Below, piece after piece: positions 54,573 through 64,000 of a stretch of DNA of 64,000 bases (position 1 is its first letter; the number at the start of each line of letters is the position of its first letter). Below the pieces are notes generated by a model. The model was not told where the DNA came from, ran no database searches, and worked only from the letters and a program-made list of their open reading frames with translations. Origin of the DNA: an uncultured delta proteobacterium (GTDB lineage Bacteria > Desulfobacterota > Desulfobulbia > Desulfobulbales > SURF-16); assembly GCA_963729825.1 (NCBI GenBank), contig CAVSQR010000081.1, positions 1,111 through 65,110 of the forward strand, read 5' to 3'. The position numbers were made by a program, and so were the translations under genes.

Positions 54573-56032
54573 TGAAATCCAGCTGCACCGGGCAATGATC
54601 CGAGCCCATGACGTCCTTGAGAATGGCCGCGCCCTGCACCCGGTTCCTGCTTTTCTCATCCACGCAGAAATAGTCAATCCGCCAGCCGATGTCCTTGGCC
54701 CGGGCGTTAAAGCGGTAACTCCACCAGGTATAGTGGCCGGCTTCATTGTTGAACATGCGGAAGGTATCGACAAAGCCCGCGGCCAGAAAGGCATCCATCC
54801 AGCTTCTTTCCTGTGGGGTGAAGCCGGCATTGTGTTCGTTGCTTTTGGGGTTCTTCAGGTCGATTTCCTGGTGGGCCACATTGTAATCGCCGCACAGCAC
54901 CACCGACTTTTGCGCGGCCAGGCCCTGGGCAAATTCCAGCAGGGCGCGGTTAAAGGCGAGCTTGAAGTCCAGCCGCTTCAACCCTTCTCCGGCATTGGGA
55001 AAATAGCAGTTGATCAGGAAAAAATCGGCAAACTCCAGGGTGAGCACCCGGCCCTCATTGTCAAAGGCGGGATCATTCAGGCCATAGCGGACGCTTAGCG
55101 GCGCCATGCGGCTGTAGACCGCCACCCCGGCATAGCCCTTGCGCTCGGCGCAGTGCCAGAAGGACTGATAGCCCTCGATATTTTTCAATTCGTCGCTTAC
55201 CTGCTCCTCCTGAATCTTGGTTTCCTGGAGGGCCAGGATATCCGGGTCCAGATCCCTGACCAGTTCGGCAAAACCCTTTTTTTCCACGGCCCGGATGCCG
55301 TTGACATTCCAGCAGAGAAGCTTCAGCGGTTGCGCCACGGCAGCAGTTCTCCTGCTGCCCGGCACCCGGCGCGGGGTGACGCCGATCTGCGGACAGTACT
55401 GCCGGATGACGCAGCGGTCGCAATGGGGGGAAATGGGCTGGCAGGTGCCCTGGCCAAAGGCCACCAGGATGGAATTGACCGTGAGCCAGTGCCTCTCGCG
55501 GCAGTTTGCCGCGCAGGGCCATCTCCGTTTCCAGGGGTGTTTTGGTCTGCACGTAACCCCAGATATTCATGATGCGGTGCACATGGGTGTCCACACAGAT
55601 GGCAGGTTTGTGGAAGGCCACACTGACCACCAGATTTGCCGTCTTGCGTCCCACGCCGGGAAGCCTGGTCAGCGTGTCCACCTCAGCGGGGATCACGCCC
55701 GCCCATGCTGTTCACCGCCGCGGGCAACCGGGCCAGATAACCCGCCTTGTTGCGGTAAAAGCCCACCGGATAGATGAGGCGGGCAATCTCCTCTTCGGAG
55801 AGCGCGGCCAGGCTTCTGCAGATCAGGGGCCCTGGCAAACAGCCGGGCCGCGGCCCCGGCCGTGGTCTCGTCCTTGGTGCGGGCGGACAGGATGGTCGCC
55901 ACCAGCACCTGGTAAGGGTCCCTGGCTCTGCACGGCGATGAGGTCCACCACCGGCACCTTATAGTCGGCCACCTCTTTAGCCAGCATGGCCAGGATCAGG
56001 TCGATGTCAAATTCCATCTTCTTTACTTCCAT
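54568..56032 (-). CDS. endonuclease III (Nth) fused in frame to exodeoxyribonuclease III (XthA) (three frame changes in the nth part as assembled)
   Basis: Fragments 55823-56032, 55693-55908 and 55073-55696 read as Nth ([46 protein letters not shown]). ORF 54568-55464 begins with the Nth Fe-S loop [23 protein letters not shown]. It continues without a stop through a linker of about 22 aa into XthA ([11 protein letters not shown]...LALQETK...[12 protein letters not shown]...[11 protein letters not shown]). Confidence 0.75.
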
Positions 56033-56123
56033 TTTTCTGCGTTGACATGACCGATTGTAATCATAAACGATATGATCATTGTTATTGCCGGTACGTCATA
56101 CCGGTTTTCTTGGCTCAAGCCGA

Positions 56124-56194
56124 AGGAGCGGGCCTTGCCCGCGACAGTTTTATGAGACCGGAATACTAATTAATCGCGGGCATGGCCCGCTCCT
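56124..56194. repeat. REP-like inverted pair (REPIN-like)
   Basis: AGGAGCGGGCCTTGCCCGCGA, about 29 nt, then TCGCGGGCATGGCCCGCTCCT. The arms are 20/21 complementary and each arm is itself a GC-rich imperfect palindrome. Confidence 0.7.
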
Positions 56195-56256
56195 ACAAGA
56201 CGTTACTCTCACATTAACAAAACAGGAAATCAAGTTACACCCGTCCAGGCAAGGAG

Positions 56257-56290
56257 AAAAAAAAAGCCCTGCACAAGGCAGGGCTTTTTG
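56257..56290 (-). terminator. rho-independent terminator after the second porin-like gene (bidirectional shape)
   Basis: Stem AGCCCTGC / GCAGGGCT with loop ACAAG, flanked by A9 and T5. Confidence 0.75.
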
Positions 56291-56315
56291 AATCACACTT
56301 CTAATTTAAGAAAAA

Positions 56316-57754
56316 TTAGAAGGTCATGGTCAGGTGGTGGCTGAGCAGATACAGATCCTCAGACTCCTGGCCTGCCTGTCAGTGGCGATATCATCAAAGA
56401 AGTCGCCGGTGTTGAAGTAGGCGGCATGTACCTCGTAGGTGAGGTTGTCAAGCAGTTTGTACTTGGCGCCCAGGTCGATCTCCCAGCCGTACTCGTCATC
56501 AACGCTTACACCATAAGCAGCCTCAACCACATCGGTGGTATCAGCCCAGGCATAGCCAATGGCGCCGTGCAGGGACAACTGGTCGGAAACCTGGAAATCG
56601 GAATGAACGCCGATGGCATTCACACCACTGGTGGTCATGTTGGGGTCAGCATTGAAGACATCGCTGTTCAGCATGCCGGTCAGGTCGCCGGTGAGGATGT
56701 AGTAGGGGTTGAAGTCGTCACCGAGACCGTCTTCCAGGGCGCTGTTCATGGCGGCGGTTACGTCAGCGTCAGCGTCGGTCAAAATGTCGTCATCCTGGCC
56801 CTCGGCCCAGAAGTACATCAGGCCGACATTCAGCTTGTCGAATTGGCCGCTGCCGTCCAGCATAACGGCCATGGCGTCAACATCCTGATCTTCCTGCACG
56901 CCGGCAATTTCCGTGTCATAATCTCTCCAGCTGCCGAACTGCCAGCCCCATTCGCCCTCGATGGTGAAGTTGGCGATCTTGCCCACCCCATAGAGTCTCA
57001 GCTTGTTGTCAGCGCGATCATAGTTAGAGTTGCTTTTGTAGTTGTAATAATCGTAACCGCCCAACAGCAGCAGATTATCGGTCTTGTAGGTCAGGTCGAT
57101 CTCGTAGACATCATTGTCTGCGTCATCATTATTGTTGTACCAGTCGTTCTCCTGGCTTTTCTGGGTGAAGACCAGCAGTTCGAAAGGATCAGCCACAAAG
57201 CTCGGCCACCACATGAGACGGTCGGCATGGGAGTAAGTGCTCAGGAAGTCGCCGCCCCAGGGGGGTACCGCACAGCGGCCGGCGCGGATCTTACCAACCG
57301 GTGACAGGTACTCCATGTACAGGGTATACACATCGATGTTGTTCTGGTCATTAGCGTAAAGATCGGAGTTGCTGGCGGTTCCATAGTTGTTATCCGTGCC
57401 CCAGACATTATACCTGGCAAAACGGAGTTCGGAGAACATGGCGATCTTGTCATTGACCTGCAGTTTCGGTTTGATAATGAAGGTATGCAGCCAGGCTGAA
57501 TCGGTGCCGGCATTCGTCATTATAGGGGTCGAAACCGCCGTCCTTGGCTTAGAAAGATCAAGCAATGTATAAACATCATCCATGGCATTATCGAGAGCAC
57601 CTCGGCAACGTCCATTGTCCCCGCCGTCAGCATTGTTCAGCATGTAACCTTCGAGGATGTACTCGCCGCTCATGGAAAAATCCATCGCGGATGCGGTGCC
57701 GGCCACACCTACTACCAGGCCGAGGGCGGCAACTGTTGAAATAATTTTTTTCAT
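56316..57754 (-). CDS. outer-membrane beta-barrel (porin-like) protein (one frame change near the 3' end)
   Basis: ORF 56330-57826 trimmed to M25 (signal peptide MKKIISTVAALGLVVGVAGTASA). The body is Asp/Asn/Tyr/Gly-rich with alternating strands. After a frame change near 56375 the text ends ESEDLYLLSHHLTMTF, with a terminal Phe, stopping near 56316. Confidence 0.65.
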
Positions 57755-58117
57755 CTTAAATCTCCTTTTCTCTTGTAAGAAAGATGAATGATAAAAAGCG
57801 GGCTCCACCATGGAACCCATCCCCATACCGTCAGGTGCCCCGCGTCTTTTCCCGGAAATAATTTCTATCCCCCCCGCAAAAAGAGCACATAAGCAGCTGA
57901 CAATACTCGATTCATATTGAACCTCTTATTTCTTACCCCAATCCGTGAGGTTTGGCAAGAAATAATCGCATACGAATCCTCACTTACCATATTATTATTT
58001 AGATTTTTTCCTGAATCAATGTCAAGTTATTTTCTCTCTTTTATGAATATCCGCTCATTGCACCCGTGTATTTTTTGCCACTGCAGCATGAATAATTGCT
58101 AACGCCTCCTCATAATT

Positions 58118-58750
58118 ATGTTAGAATATTTTCCCATGAAAGGCATCACCCACACCATACCGAAACGGGCCAACGTGCTCTCCTCTTTTGGCCGGACCTC
58201 CGAACCGGCCATCAGCCGCCGTTTTGCGGTGCTGGTCTGGAATATCCACAAGGCAAAAAAAATCCAATGGGCCGCTGATTTCCAGCAGCTGCTGCTCGGC
58301 AAGGACCTGGTTCTGCTGCAGGAGGCGTTCCTGCGGCCCGCCATGCTCAATGTTCTCCAGCAGACCCCTGATCTGCGCTCGGACCTGGCCGCCGGTTTCA
58401 CCCGGCGGCTGGACGCCATGTGACGCAGGGGTGATGACAGGTTGCCGCGCCAACCCACGCAGCTCGGCATTTCGTTTCTCCGCTCGCCCGGTGCGTGAAT
58501 CCCTGGTGCGGCTGCCGAAACATGGCCATCGGCACTCCGCTACGCCTTAGGGTTCAGCGCCGAGAACTGCTGGTTCTCAATGTCCACGCCATCAATTCTG
58601 CTGCGGATAAACAAATTCAAACGGCAGATGCACCATCTTGACAGCAGAACGTTGAGCACGCCATCGACAGCCCACCTGCTCGCGCGGCATTCACCACCTG
58701 TGCGTGGCACAGCCACGTCGTAGACAGGTCTCGGAGAAGTCACTCGCAAT
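58118..58750 (+). pseudogene. degraded upstream copy of the endonuclease/exonuclease/phosphatase (EEP) family gene
   Basis: The first ~300 nt are nearly identical to 59108-59400. A premature TGA at 58421-58423 replaces ATTGAC of the intact copy. The 3' part is progressively diverged and ends at the IS relic. Confidence 0.8.
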
Positions 58751-59045
58751 TTATCCGCAGGGAAATAGGTGCCTTGATTGGTGTTGCCCCGTTAATCGCG
58801 ATTCAGGTCAGATGCGGGCGAGCGAGTTCCGTTTGGCGGTCCTACATGGCGGTCTCTACTGCTGCTATCCGTTTCTTCAAATCAGGTTATCCAGAGGTTT
58901 TATGAGCGTCTCGTTGCTGCCGGAAAGCCAAAAAAAGTTGCTATAGTCCGTATGCGTAAACTCCTCACCATCCTTAACGCGATGGTGGAATCCCAAAAAA
59001 CGTGGGATGAATCTTTACATTTAACTTGACCCCAAAGACAGTTGC
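58750..59045 (+). mobile_element. IS110-family transposase 3' remnant (C-terminal Transposase_20-like region only, frameshifted)
   Basis: Across three frames the text reads FIRREIGALIGVAPLNRDSGQMR.. / ..YMAVSTAAIRF.. / FYERLVAAGKPKKVAIVRMRKLLTILNAMVESQKTWDESLHLT with a stop near 59027. This is the characteristic IS110/IS1111 C-terminus. The DEDD N-terminal domain and left end are absent. Confidence 0.85.
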
Positions 59046-59107
59046 TCATGGCACCCGAGTTTTTTTGCCATTGCAGCATGAATAATTGCTAACGCCTCAT
59101 CATATTT

Positions 59108-59905
59108 ATGTTAGAATATTTTCCCATGAAAGGCATCACCCACACCATACCGAAACGGGCCAATGTACTCTCCTCTTTTGGACGGACCTCCGAGCCGGCC
59201 ATCAGCCGCCGTTTTGCGGTGCTGGTCTGGAATATCCACAAGGCAAAAAAAATCCAATGGGCCGCGGATTTCCTGCAGCTGCTGCACGGCAAGGACCTGG
59301 TTCTGCTGCAGGAGGCTTTCCTGCGGCCCGCCATGCTCAATATTCTCCAGCAGACCCCTGATCTGCGCTGGGACCTGGCCGCCGGTTTCACCCGGCGGCT
59401 GGACGCCATTGACATAGGCGTCATGACAGGCTGCCGCGCCAACCCCCGCAGCCTTTTCTTTCTCCGCTCCCCGGTGTACGAGCCGCTGGTGCGGCTGCCG
59501 AAAATGGCCATCGGCACCAGATATGCCCTGGAATTCAGCGACCGGGAACTGCTGGTGCTCAATGTCCACGCCATCAATTTTGTGCGGATAAACAAATTCA
59601 AACGGCAGATGCGGCAACTGGAAGCGGAACTTGACAGCCATGACGGCCCTATCCTGCTCGGCGGGGATTTCAACACCTGGCTGGCCAGCCGGACCGACTT
59701 TCTCCGGGAGATGACCGGCAACCTGCACATGGATCTGGCCACCTTCCAGCCGGACCGCCGCTCCCGTTATTTCGGCCAGGTCCTGGACCATGTTTTTGTC
59801 CGCGGCCTGAAAATCGTGTCCGCCTCCTGCCATTACCATATCAGAAGCTCGGACCATCAGCCCATCGAGCTGGTGCTGGGAGGGGAGGAATGGGGTGCGG
59901 GATAA
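59108..59905 (+). CDS. endonuclease/exonuclease/phosphatase (EEP) family protein (YafD-like)
   Basis: Intact 265-aa ORF with VLVWNIHKAK, LVLLQEAF, LLVLNVHAINF, ILLGGDFNTW and IRSSDHQPIELVL, the typical EEP catalytic motif series. Confidence 0.8.
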   Translation: MLEYFPMKGITHTIPKRANVLSSFGRTSEPAISRRFAVLVWNIHKAKKIQWAADFLQLLHGKDLVLLQEAFLRPAMLNILQQTPDLRWDLAAGFTRRLDAIDIGVMTGCRANPRSLFFLRSPVYEPLVRLPKMAIGTRYALEFSDRELLVLNVHAINFVRINKFKRQMRQLEAELDSHDGPILLGGDFNTWLASRTDFLREMTGNLHMDLATFQPDRRSRYFGQVLDHVFVRGLKIVSASCHYHIRSSDHQPIELVLGGEEWGAG

Positions 59906-60143
59906 GACAAAATAAGGATAACGGTCTGAGGGAATGTTATCCCCCAGTCACTTATTATTGACATTTACCAAAGCGATGCAGTTTCATGGCACAGAGCTGA
60001 AAAAAGCCCATCCTGCATGAAAAACCCCTGAACAACTTTAGAATAGAATCCAGCAATCGGCACCGGTCGTATATGGCTTGCCCTGCTCCCTGCTCTTAGA
60101 CTTTTGCCTCACGCCTCACTTTTATAAGGATACACCGCCATAA

Positions 60144-62271
60144 AAACAGCCGCCCCACACCGGGCAACCAAACCGCCTGATCAACGAAAAGAGCCCCTAC
60201 CTGCTGCAGCACGCCTATAACCCGGTGCAGTGGCTGCCCTGGGGGGAAGAGGCCTTTGCCAGGGCCAGCCGGGAAAACAAGCCGATTTTTCTCTCCGTCG
60301 GCTACTCCACCTGCCACTGGTGCCATGTCATGGCCCACGAATCCTTTGAGGATGAGGAAATTGCGGCCTTTCTCAACGACTTTTTCATCTGCATCAAGGT
60401 TGACCGGGAGGAAAGGCCGGATATCGACCGCATTTACATGGCCGCCACCCTGGCCCTGACCGGCGGCGGAGGCTGGCCCATGTCCGTTTTTCTCCTGCCC
60501 GACCGCACCCCTTTTTATGCCGGCACCTATTTCCCGCCCCGGGCTGGCCTCGGCAGGCCGGGCTTTCTCGACCTGCTGCAGGCCCTGCACCAGGCCTGGC
60601 AGGATGATCCCGGTCGCGTCCGGCAGGCAGCCGCCTCCATGGCCGCCCATCTGCAGAGCCTGGCAACCGCCCAGGAGCAGGGCAAGGTCGATCCAGGGGT
60701 GCCTGACGCCGCTTTTGGCCAGCTCCGCAGCAGCTACGACCAAAAATTCGGCGGCTTCGGCCCGGCCCCCAAGTTTCCCCGGCCGGTGACCTTTTATTTT
60801 CTGCTGCGCCACGACCTGGGCCGGGATGACGGCCAGGCCCGCCTCATGACCCTGGACACCCTGCGCCGCATGGCAGAGGGCGGCATGTATGATCTGCTGG
60901 GCGGCGGCTTTCACCGCTATTCGGTGGATGACCAGTGGCGGGTCCCCCACTTTGAAAAGATGCTCTATGACCAGGCCCAGCTTGCCGTGGCCTACTTTGA
61001 GGCCTTCCAGATCAGCGGCGATCCCTTTTTTCGCCGCATCGGCACCGAGACCCTGGATTATGTGCGGCGGGATATGACCGATGCTTCAGGCGGCTTCTTT
61101 TCCGCCGAGGACGCGGACAGCGCCGAGCCGGATGAGCCGGGCAAACATGGCGAAGGCGCCTTTTATACCTGGAAGGCACGAGGAGATCACGGAAGTCCTC
61201 GGCAGTGAAGCCGCGGCAATTTTCAACTTCCACTATGGGGTTGAGGCCCGCGGCAATGCCCTGGCTGATCCGCTGGATGAATTCACCGGCAAAAATATCC
61301 TTTACGCGGCCCACACCCTGGCGGAAACCACGGCACATTGCGGCCGCAGCGAAGAGGACGCCGCCGCGGTATTAGCCGCGGCCAGGGAGCAGCTTGCCCT
61401 GGTCCGGGCCAAAAGACCCCGGCCCCACCTGGATGACAAGGTCCTCTGCGCCTGGAACGGCCTGATGATCTCCGCCCTGGCCAAGGGGTATCAGGTCACC
61501 GGCAACAGGGCCTATCTGCAGGCGGCGCAGCGCTCGGCTGATTTTATCCTGGCCACCCTCCACGATCGCGAAAAAGGAACCCTGCTGCGCCGCTATCGCC
61601 AGGGCGAGGCCGGACTTGCCGCCCACCTTGATGATTACGCCTTTTTCGTCCAGGGCCTGCTTGATCTCTATGGGGCATCCTTTGCCGTCACCTACCTGCA
61701 ACGGGCCATCGACCTTACCCGCAAACAGATCGAACTTTTCGCAGATGAGGCGGGGGGCGGCTTTTTTGAGACCACGGACCAGGATGCGAGCCTGCTGCTG
61801 CGGATGAAGGGGGATTACGACGGGGCGGAACCGGCGGCAAATTCCGTGGCAGCGCTTAATCTGCTGCGGCTGGCCACCTTTGTCAGCGAGGACTGGCGGC
61901 AGCGGGCCCGCAACACCATCGACGCCTTTGCCGCCCAGATCAACGAAAACCCCACGGCCATGCCCCTGATGCTGGTTGCCCTGGATTTCTACCGGCACCA
62001 GCCTGAGCAGATCATCATCGCCGGCCGGCCCGAAGCGCCGGATACCCGGGCCATGCTCGCCGCCGTGCATGCCATCTTTCTGCCCCATACCACGCTGCTG
62101 CTGGCCGACGGCGGACCGGGCCAGCAGTTTTTAGGCGAAAAAATTCCCTCTGCCGCAGGTCTTGCCCCGCAGAACGGCAAGGCCTGCGCCCAGGTGTGCC
62201 GCAACCTGGCCTGCAGCCTGCCCATCACGGACATCCAGGAGCTGGTGAAAATGCTGAAGAGCGCGGGCTGA
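60144..62271 (+). CDS. thioredoxin-domain protein YyaL/DUF255 with (alpha/alpha)6 barrel (one frame change; start codon unresolved)
   Basis: Fragments 60225-61208 and 61081-62271, with [51 protein letters not shown]. The conserved N-terminal [21 protein letters not shown] is encoded upstream of the first ATG/GTG/TTG, in a frame open from 60144. The frame change is near 61170. Confidence 0.85.
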
Positions 62272-62315
62272 TGGTTTGACCGGTTGACGGGGCCGGCTGT
62301 TAATGGTATTTTGCT

Positions 62316-62366
62316 TAGGAGCCGTTACGAAATAACCTCGGCTTTCTGAACCATTTCGTTACGGCT
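62316..62366 (+). terminator. long hairpin downstream of yyaL (terminator-like, no clear U-tract)
   Basis: AGGAGCCGTTACGAAAT, 19 nt, then ATTTCGTTACGGCTCCT; 16/17 bp pair. Confidence 0.45.
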
Positions 62367-62466
62367 CCTTATGCCGTTTTACAAGCCAGATGAGGACATT
62401 ATTTTGTTACAACGGCTTAGCATTTTCCGCTTTGCATCTCTCAAAATTCAGCAAATAAAAAATAAA

Positions 62467-63723
62467 ATGAACAGCAAACACATTTTCTCTCTCTTACTGG
62501 TCCTTTTGATCATCCTGCCCGGCTGCGGTAAAAGGCTGCATACCGAAGATGCCGTTGAACAGGGCGCGAAACAGCTCTCCTATGACGACATCCTCGGGAT
62601 TGTCTCGGAAAAAACCCTGCACATCGTCAGCTGGGACAAGTCGGTGGAGGCGGATGTCACCTTATACGGCAGCGGCAAAATCGCAGCCGTCAACACCCTC
62701 GGCAATAAATCCGACGGCAAGTGGAAGGTCGACCAGAACAACACCCTCTGCCTCCGCTATGACCAATGGGCCAATCGGGACATGCAGTGTTTCAGCGTCT
62801 TCAAAATGGATGACGGCTTCAAGATGTTCCGGGCGGACGGAGGACTGGAATCCACCTTTACCGTGGCCGGCGGGGAGCAGGAACAACAGGTTATCAGCGG
62901 CATAGGGCTGGGCCAGGCCATGCCGGGCAGCAGCGTCCGCTCAGAGGTTATTCCGGAACCGGAGACCAACCGCACCCAGGTGATACCGGACCCCGGGGCC
63001 GTCTCCTCCCAGGATGATAGCGGCACCAGGCATGACAGCTGGTGGAAGTTCGGCTTGTTCAAGGGTGAGGCGGAGAACAACCCCAGGAAACAATGGGGGA
63101 TTATGCGGCCCCGCCCGCTGCCCCTTTCCAGGGAGATGACCCATCTGCTGGATGAAAAGGAATGCGTGCACTGTGATCTCACCAGTCAGAATCTGCAGAA
63201 GGCCAGCCTGAAAAAGGCGGACCTTGAACAGGCCGATCTGTCCGGCGCCGATCTCTCCGGCGCCTTTCTCAAAAATGCCAATCTGAAAAAGGCCACCTTG
63301 GCGGGCGCCAAACTTTCCGGGGCCGACCTTGAGGGCGCGGATCTCTCCGGCGCCAATCTGGAGGGCGCCAATCTGGAGGGCGCGAACCTGGAGGATGCCA
63401 ATCTGGAAGGGGCCAGTCTCACCAAGGCAAGACTGGTGGATGCCGTTCTCGTCAGCGCCGTGCTGAAAAATGCCGATCTGGGCCAGGCCAATCTGCACTG
63501 GGCCAATCTGAGCGAAGCGGATTTAACCGGGGCCAGCCTGAAAGGCAGTTATCTGGTCAAAACCATGTTTTACAAGGCAGACCTGACCAACGCCGACCTG
63601 ACCGATGCGGTGATCCAGCGGACCAATTTCGACTCCGTCCAGGGTTATACCCCCGCTGCCGGCGACACCGGCAGCGAGAAAAAAGAGGAAGAAAAGAAGA
63701 AATCCCTCTTCGGCCTGTTTTGA
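62467..63723 (+). CDS. lipoprotein with N-terminal globular domain and C-terminal pentapeptide-repeat domain
   Basis: ORF 62371-63723 trimmed to M33 ([20 protein letters not shown], a lipobox). About 35 consecutive A(D/N)LxX pentapeptides follow ([68 protein letters not shown]...). The tail is Lys/Glu-rich. Confidence 0.8.
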   Translation: MNSKHIFSLLLVLLIILPGCGKRLHTEDAVEQGAKQLSYDDILGIVSEKTLHIVSWDKSVEADVTLYGSGKIAAVNTLGNKSDGKWKVDQNNTLCLRYDQWANRDMQCFSVFKMDDGFKMFRADGGLESTFTVAGGEQEQQVISGIGLGQAMPGSSVRSEVIPEPETNRTQVIPDPGAVSSQDDSGTRHDSWWKFGLFKGEAENNPRKQWGIMRPRPLPLSREMTHLLDEKECVHCDLTSQNLQKASLKKADLEQADLSGADLSGAFLKNANLKKATLAGAKLSGADLEGADLSGANLEGANLEGANLEDANLEGASLTKARLVDAVLVSAVLKNADLGQANLHWANLSEADLTGASLKGSYLVKTMFYKADLTNADLTDAVIQRTNFDSVQGYTPAAGDTGSEKKEEEKKKSLFGLF

Positions 63724-63734
63724 GAGAAGGGGAA

Positions 63735-63815
63735 AAGTAAGGAGTAAGGAGATGTAGGGGCTGGCCTTGTGCCTGCCCTGGGAGAAGTAGGGGCGGTTCG
63801 CGAACCGCCCCGAGC
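63735..63815. repeat. GTAAGGA heptamers plus 22-nt palindrome GGGGCGGTTCGCGAACCGCCCC (second copy of the 10730-10810 element)
   Basis: The sequence reads AAGTAAGGAGTAAGGAGATGTAGGGG...GAAGTAGGGGCGGTTCGCGAACCGCCCCGAG. The central 18 nt are identical to those at 10735-10752. It lies between convergent genes. Confidence 0.8.
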
Positions 63816-63823
63816 AGGAACCA

Positions 63824-64000
63824 TCAGCCATTCTTCTTCTGCAGAACCGTATCCTTCAACCAGTTCACATCGTCCCGTTCGGGATATTCCACCATGTAAT
63901 GCAGGCCCCGGGACTCCTTGCGGATCAGGGCGCTTTTGACGATCAGCTCAGCCACCAGGGCAATGTTGCGCAATTCAATGAGATCCGGGGTCAGCAGGTA
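63824..64000 (-). CDS. nadB: L-aspartate oxidase, C-terminal end (gene continues beyond window)
   Basis: The reverse strand reads YLLTPDLIELRNIALVAELIVKSALIRKESRGLHYMVEYPERDDVNWLKDTVLQKKNG followed by a stop. ESRGLHY..YPE is typical of the NadB / flavoprotein C-terminus. Confidence 0.7.
   Translation of the reverse strand, partial: YLLTPDLIELRNIALVAELIVKSALIRKESRGLHYMVEYPERDDVNWLKDTVLQKKNG

Noticed and set aside
60096-60950. 284-aa minus-strand ORF
   Set aside because: It is antisense to the thioredoxin-domain yyaL gene (CHWCH motif on the plus strand) and is a GC-rich shadow ORF. The same reasoning applies to 13600-14505, 45342-46208 and 56426-57304.

Overview
This window reads as a chromosomal segment of a deltaproteobacterium-like (Desulfobulbaceae-type) genome; the taxon is an inference from gene content only. 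No searches were run. Coordinates of non-ORF features were hand-counted and may be off by 1-2 nt. Most of the window is housekeeping: groEL 3' end, glyQ, rsmB, uvrA, secB, lepB, pyrB-pyrC, topA, dprA, rpoD-dnaG, ligA, birA, panE, clpS-clpA, holA, nth/xth and the nadB 3' end. There are two tRNAs, Met-CAU and selenocysteine-UCA. The most interesting content is as follows. (1) A seven-gene Hyf/Ehr-type complex-I-like membrane operon (12.3-19.6 kb) whose hydrogenase-like large subunit lacks all four Ni-Fe cysteine ligands. It sits next to a Cys/His-rich conserved hypothetical gene. (2) A pilM-N-O-P cluster with an unusual split secretin layout: a double-AMIN protein, an N0-TPR protein and a lipoprotein secretin. 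(3) An in-frame endonuclease III - exonuclease III fusion. (4) A tandem duplication of an EEP-nuclease gene around an IS110 relic. (5) Several families of short intergenic repeats (AGGAGTN heptamer inverted repeats, a shared GGCGGTTCGCGAACCGCC palindrome, and a REP-like pair). At least 22 conserved genes, including essential ones, are broken by +/-1 frame changes. This looks like indel error in the assembly rather than biology, so those genes are reported as single loci with the frame breaks noted.
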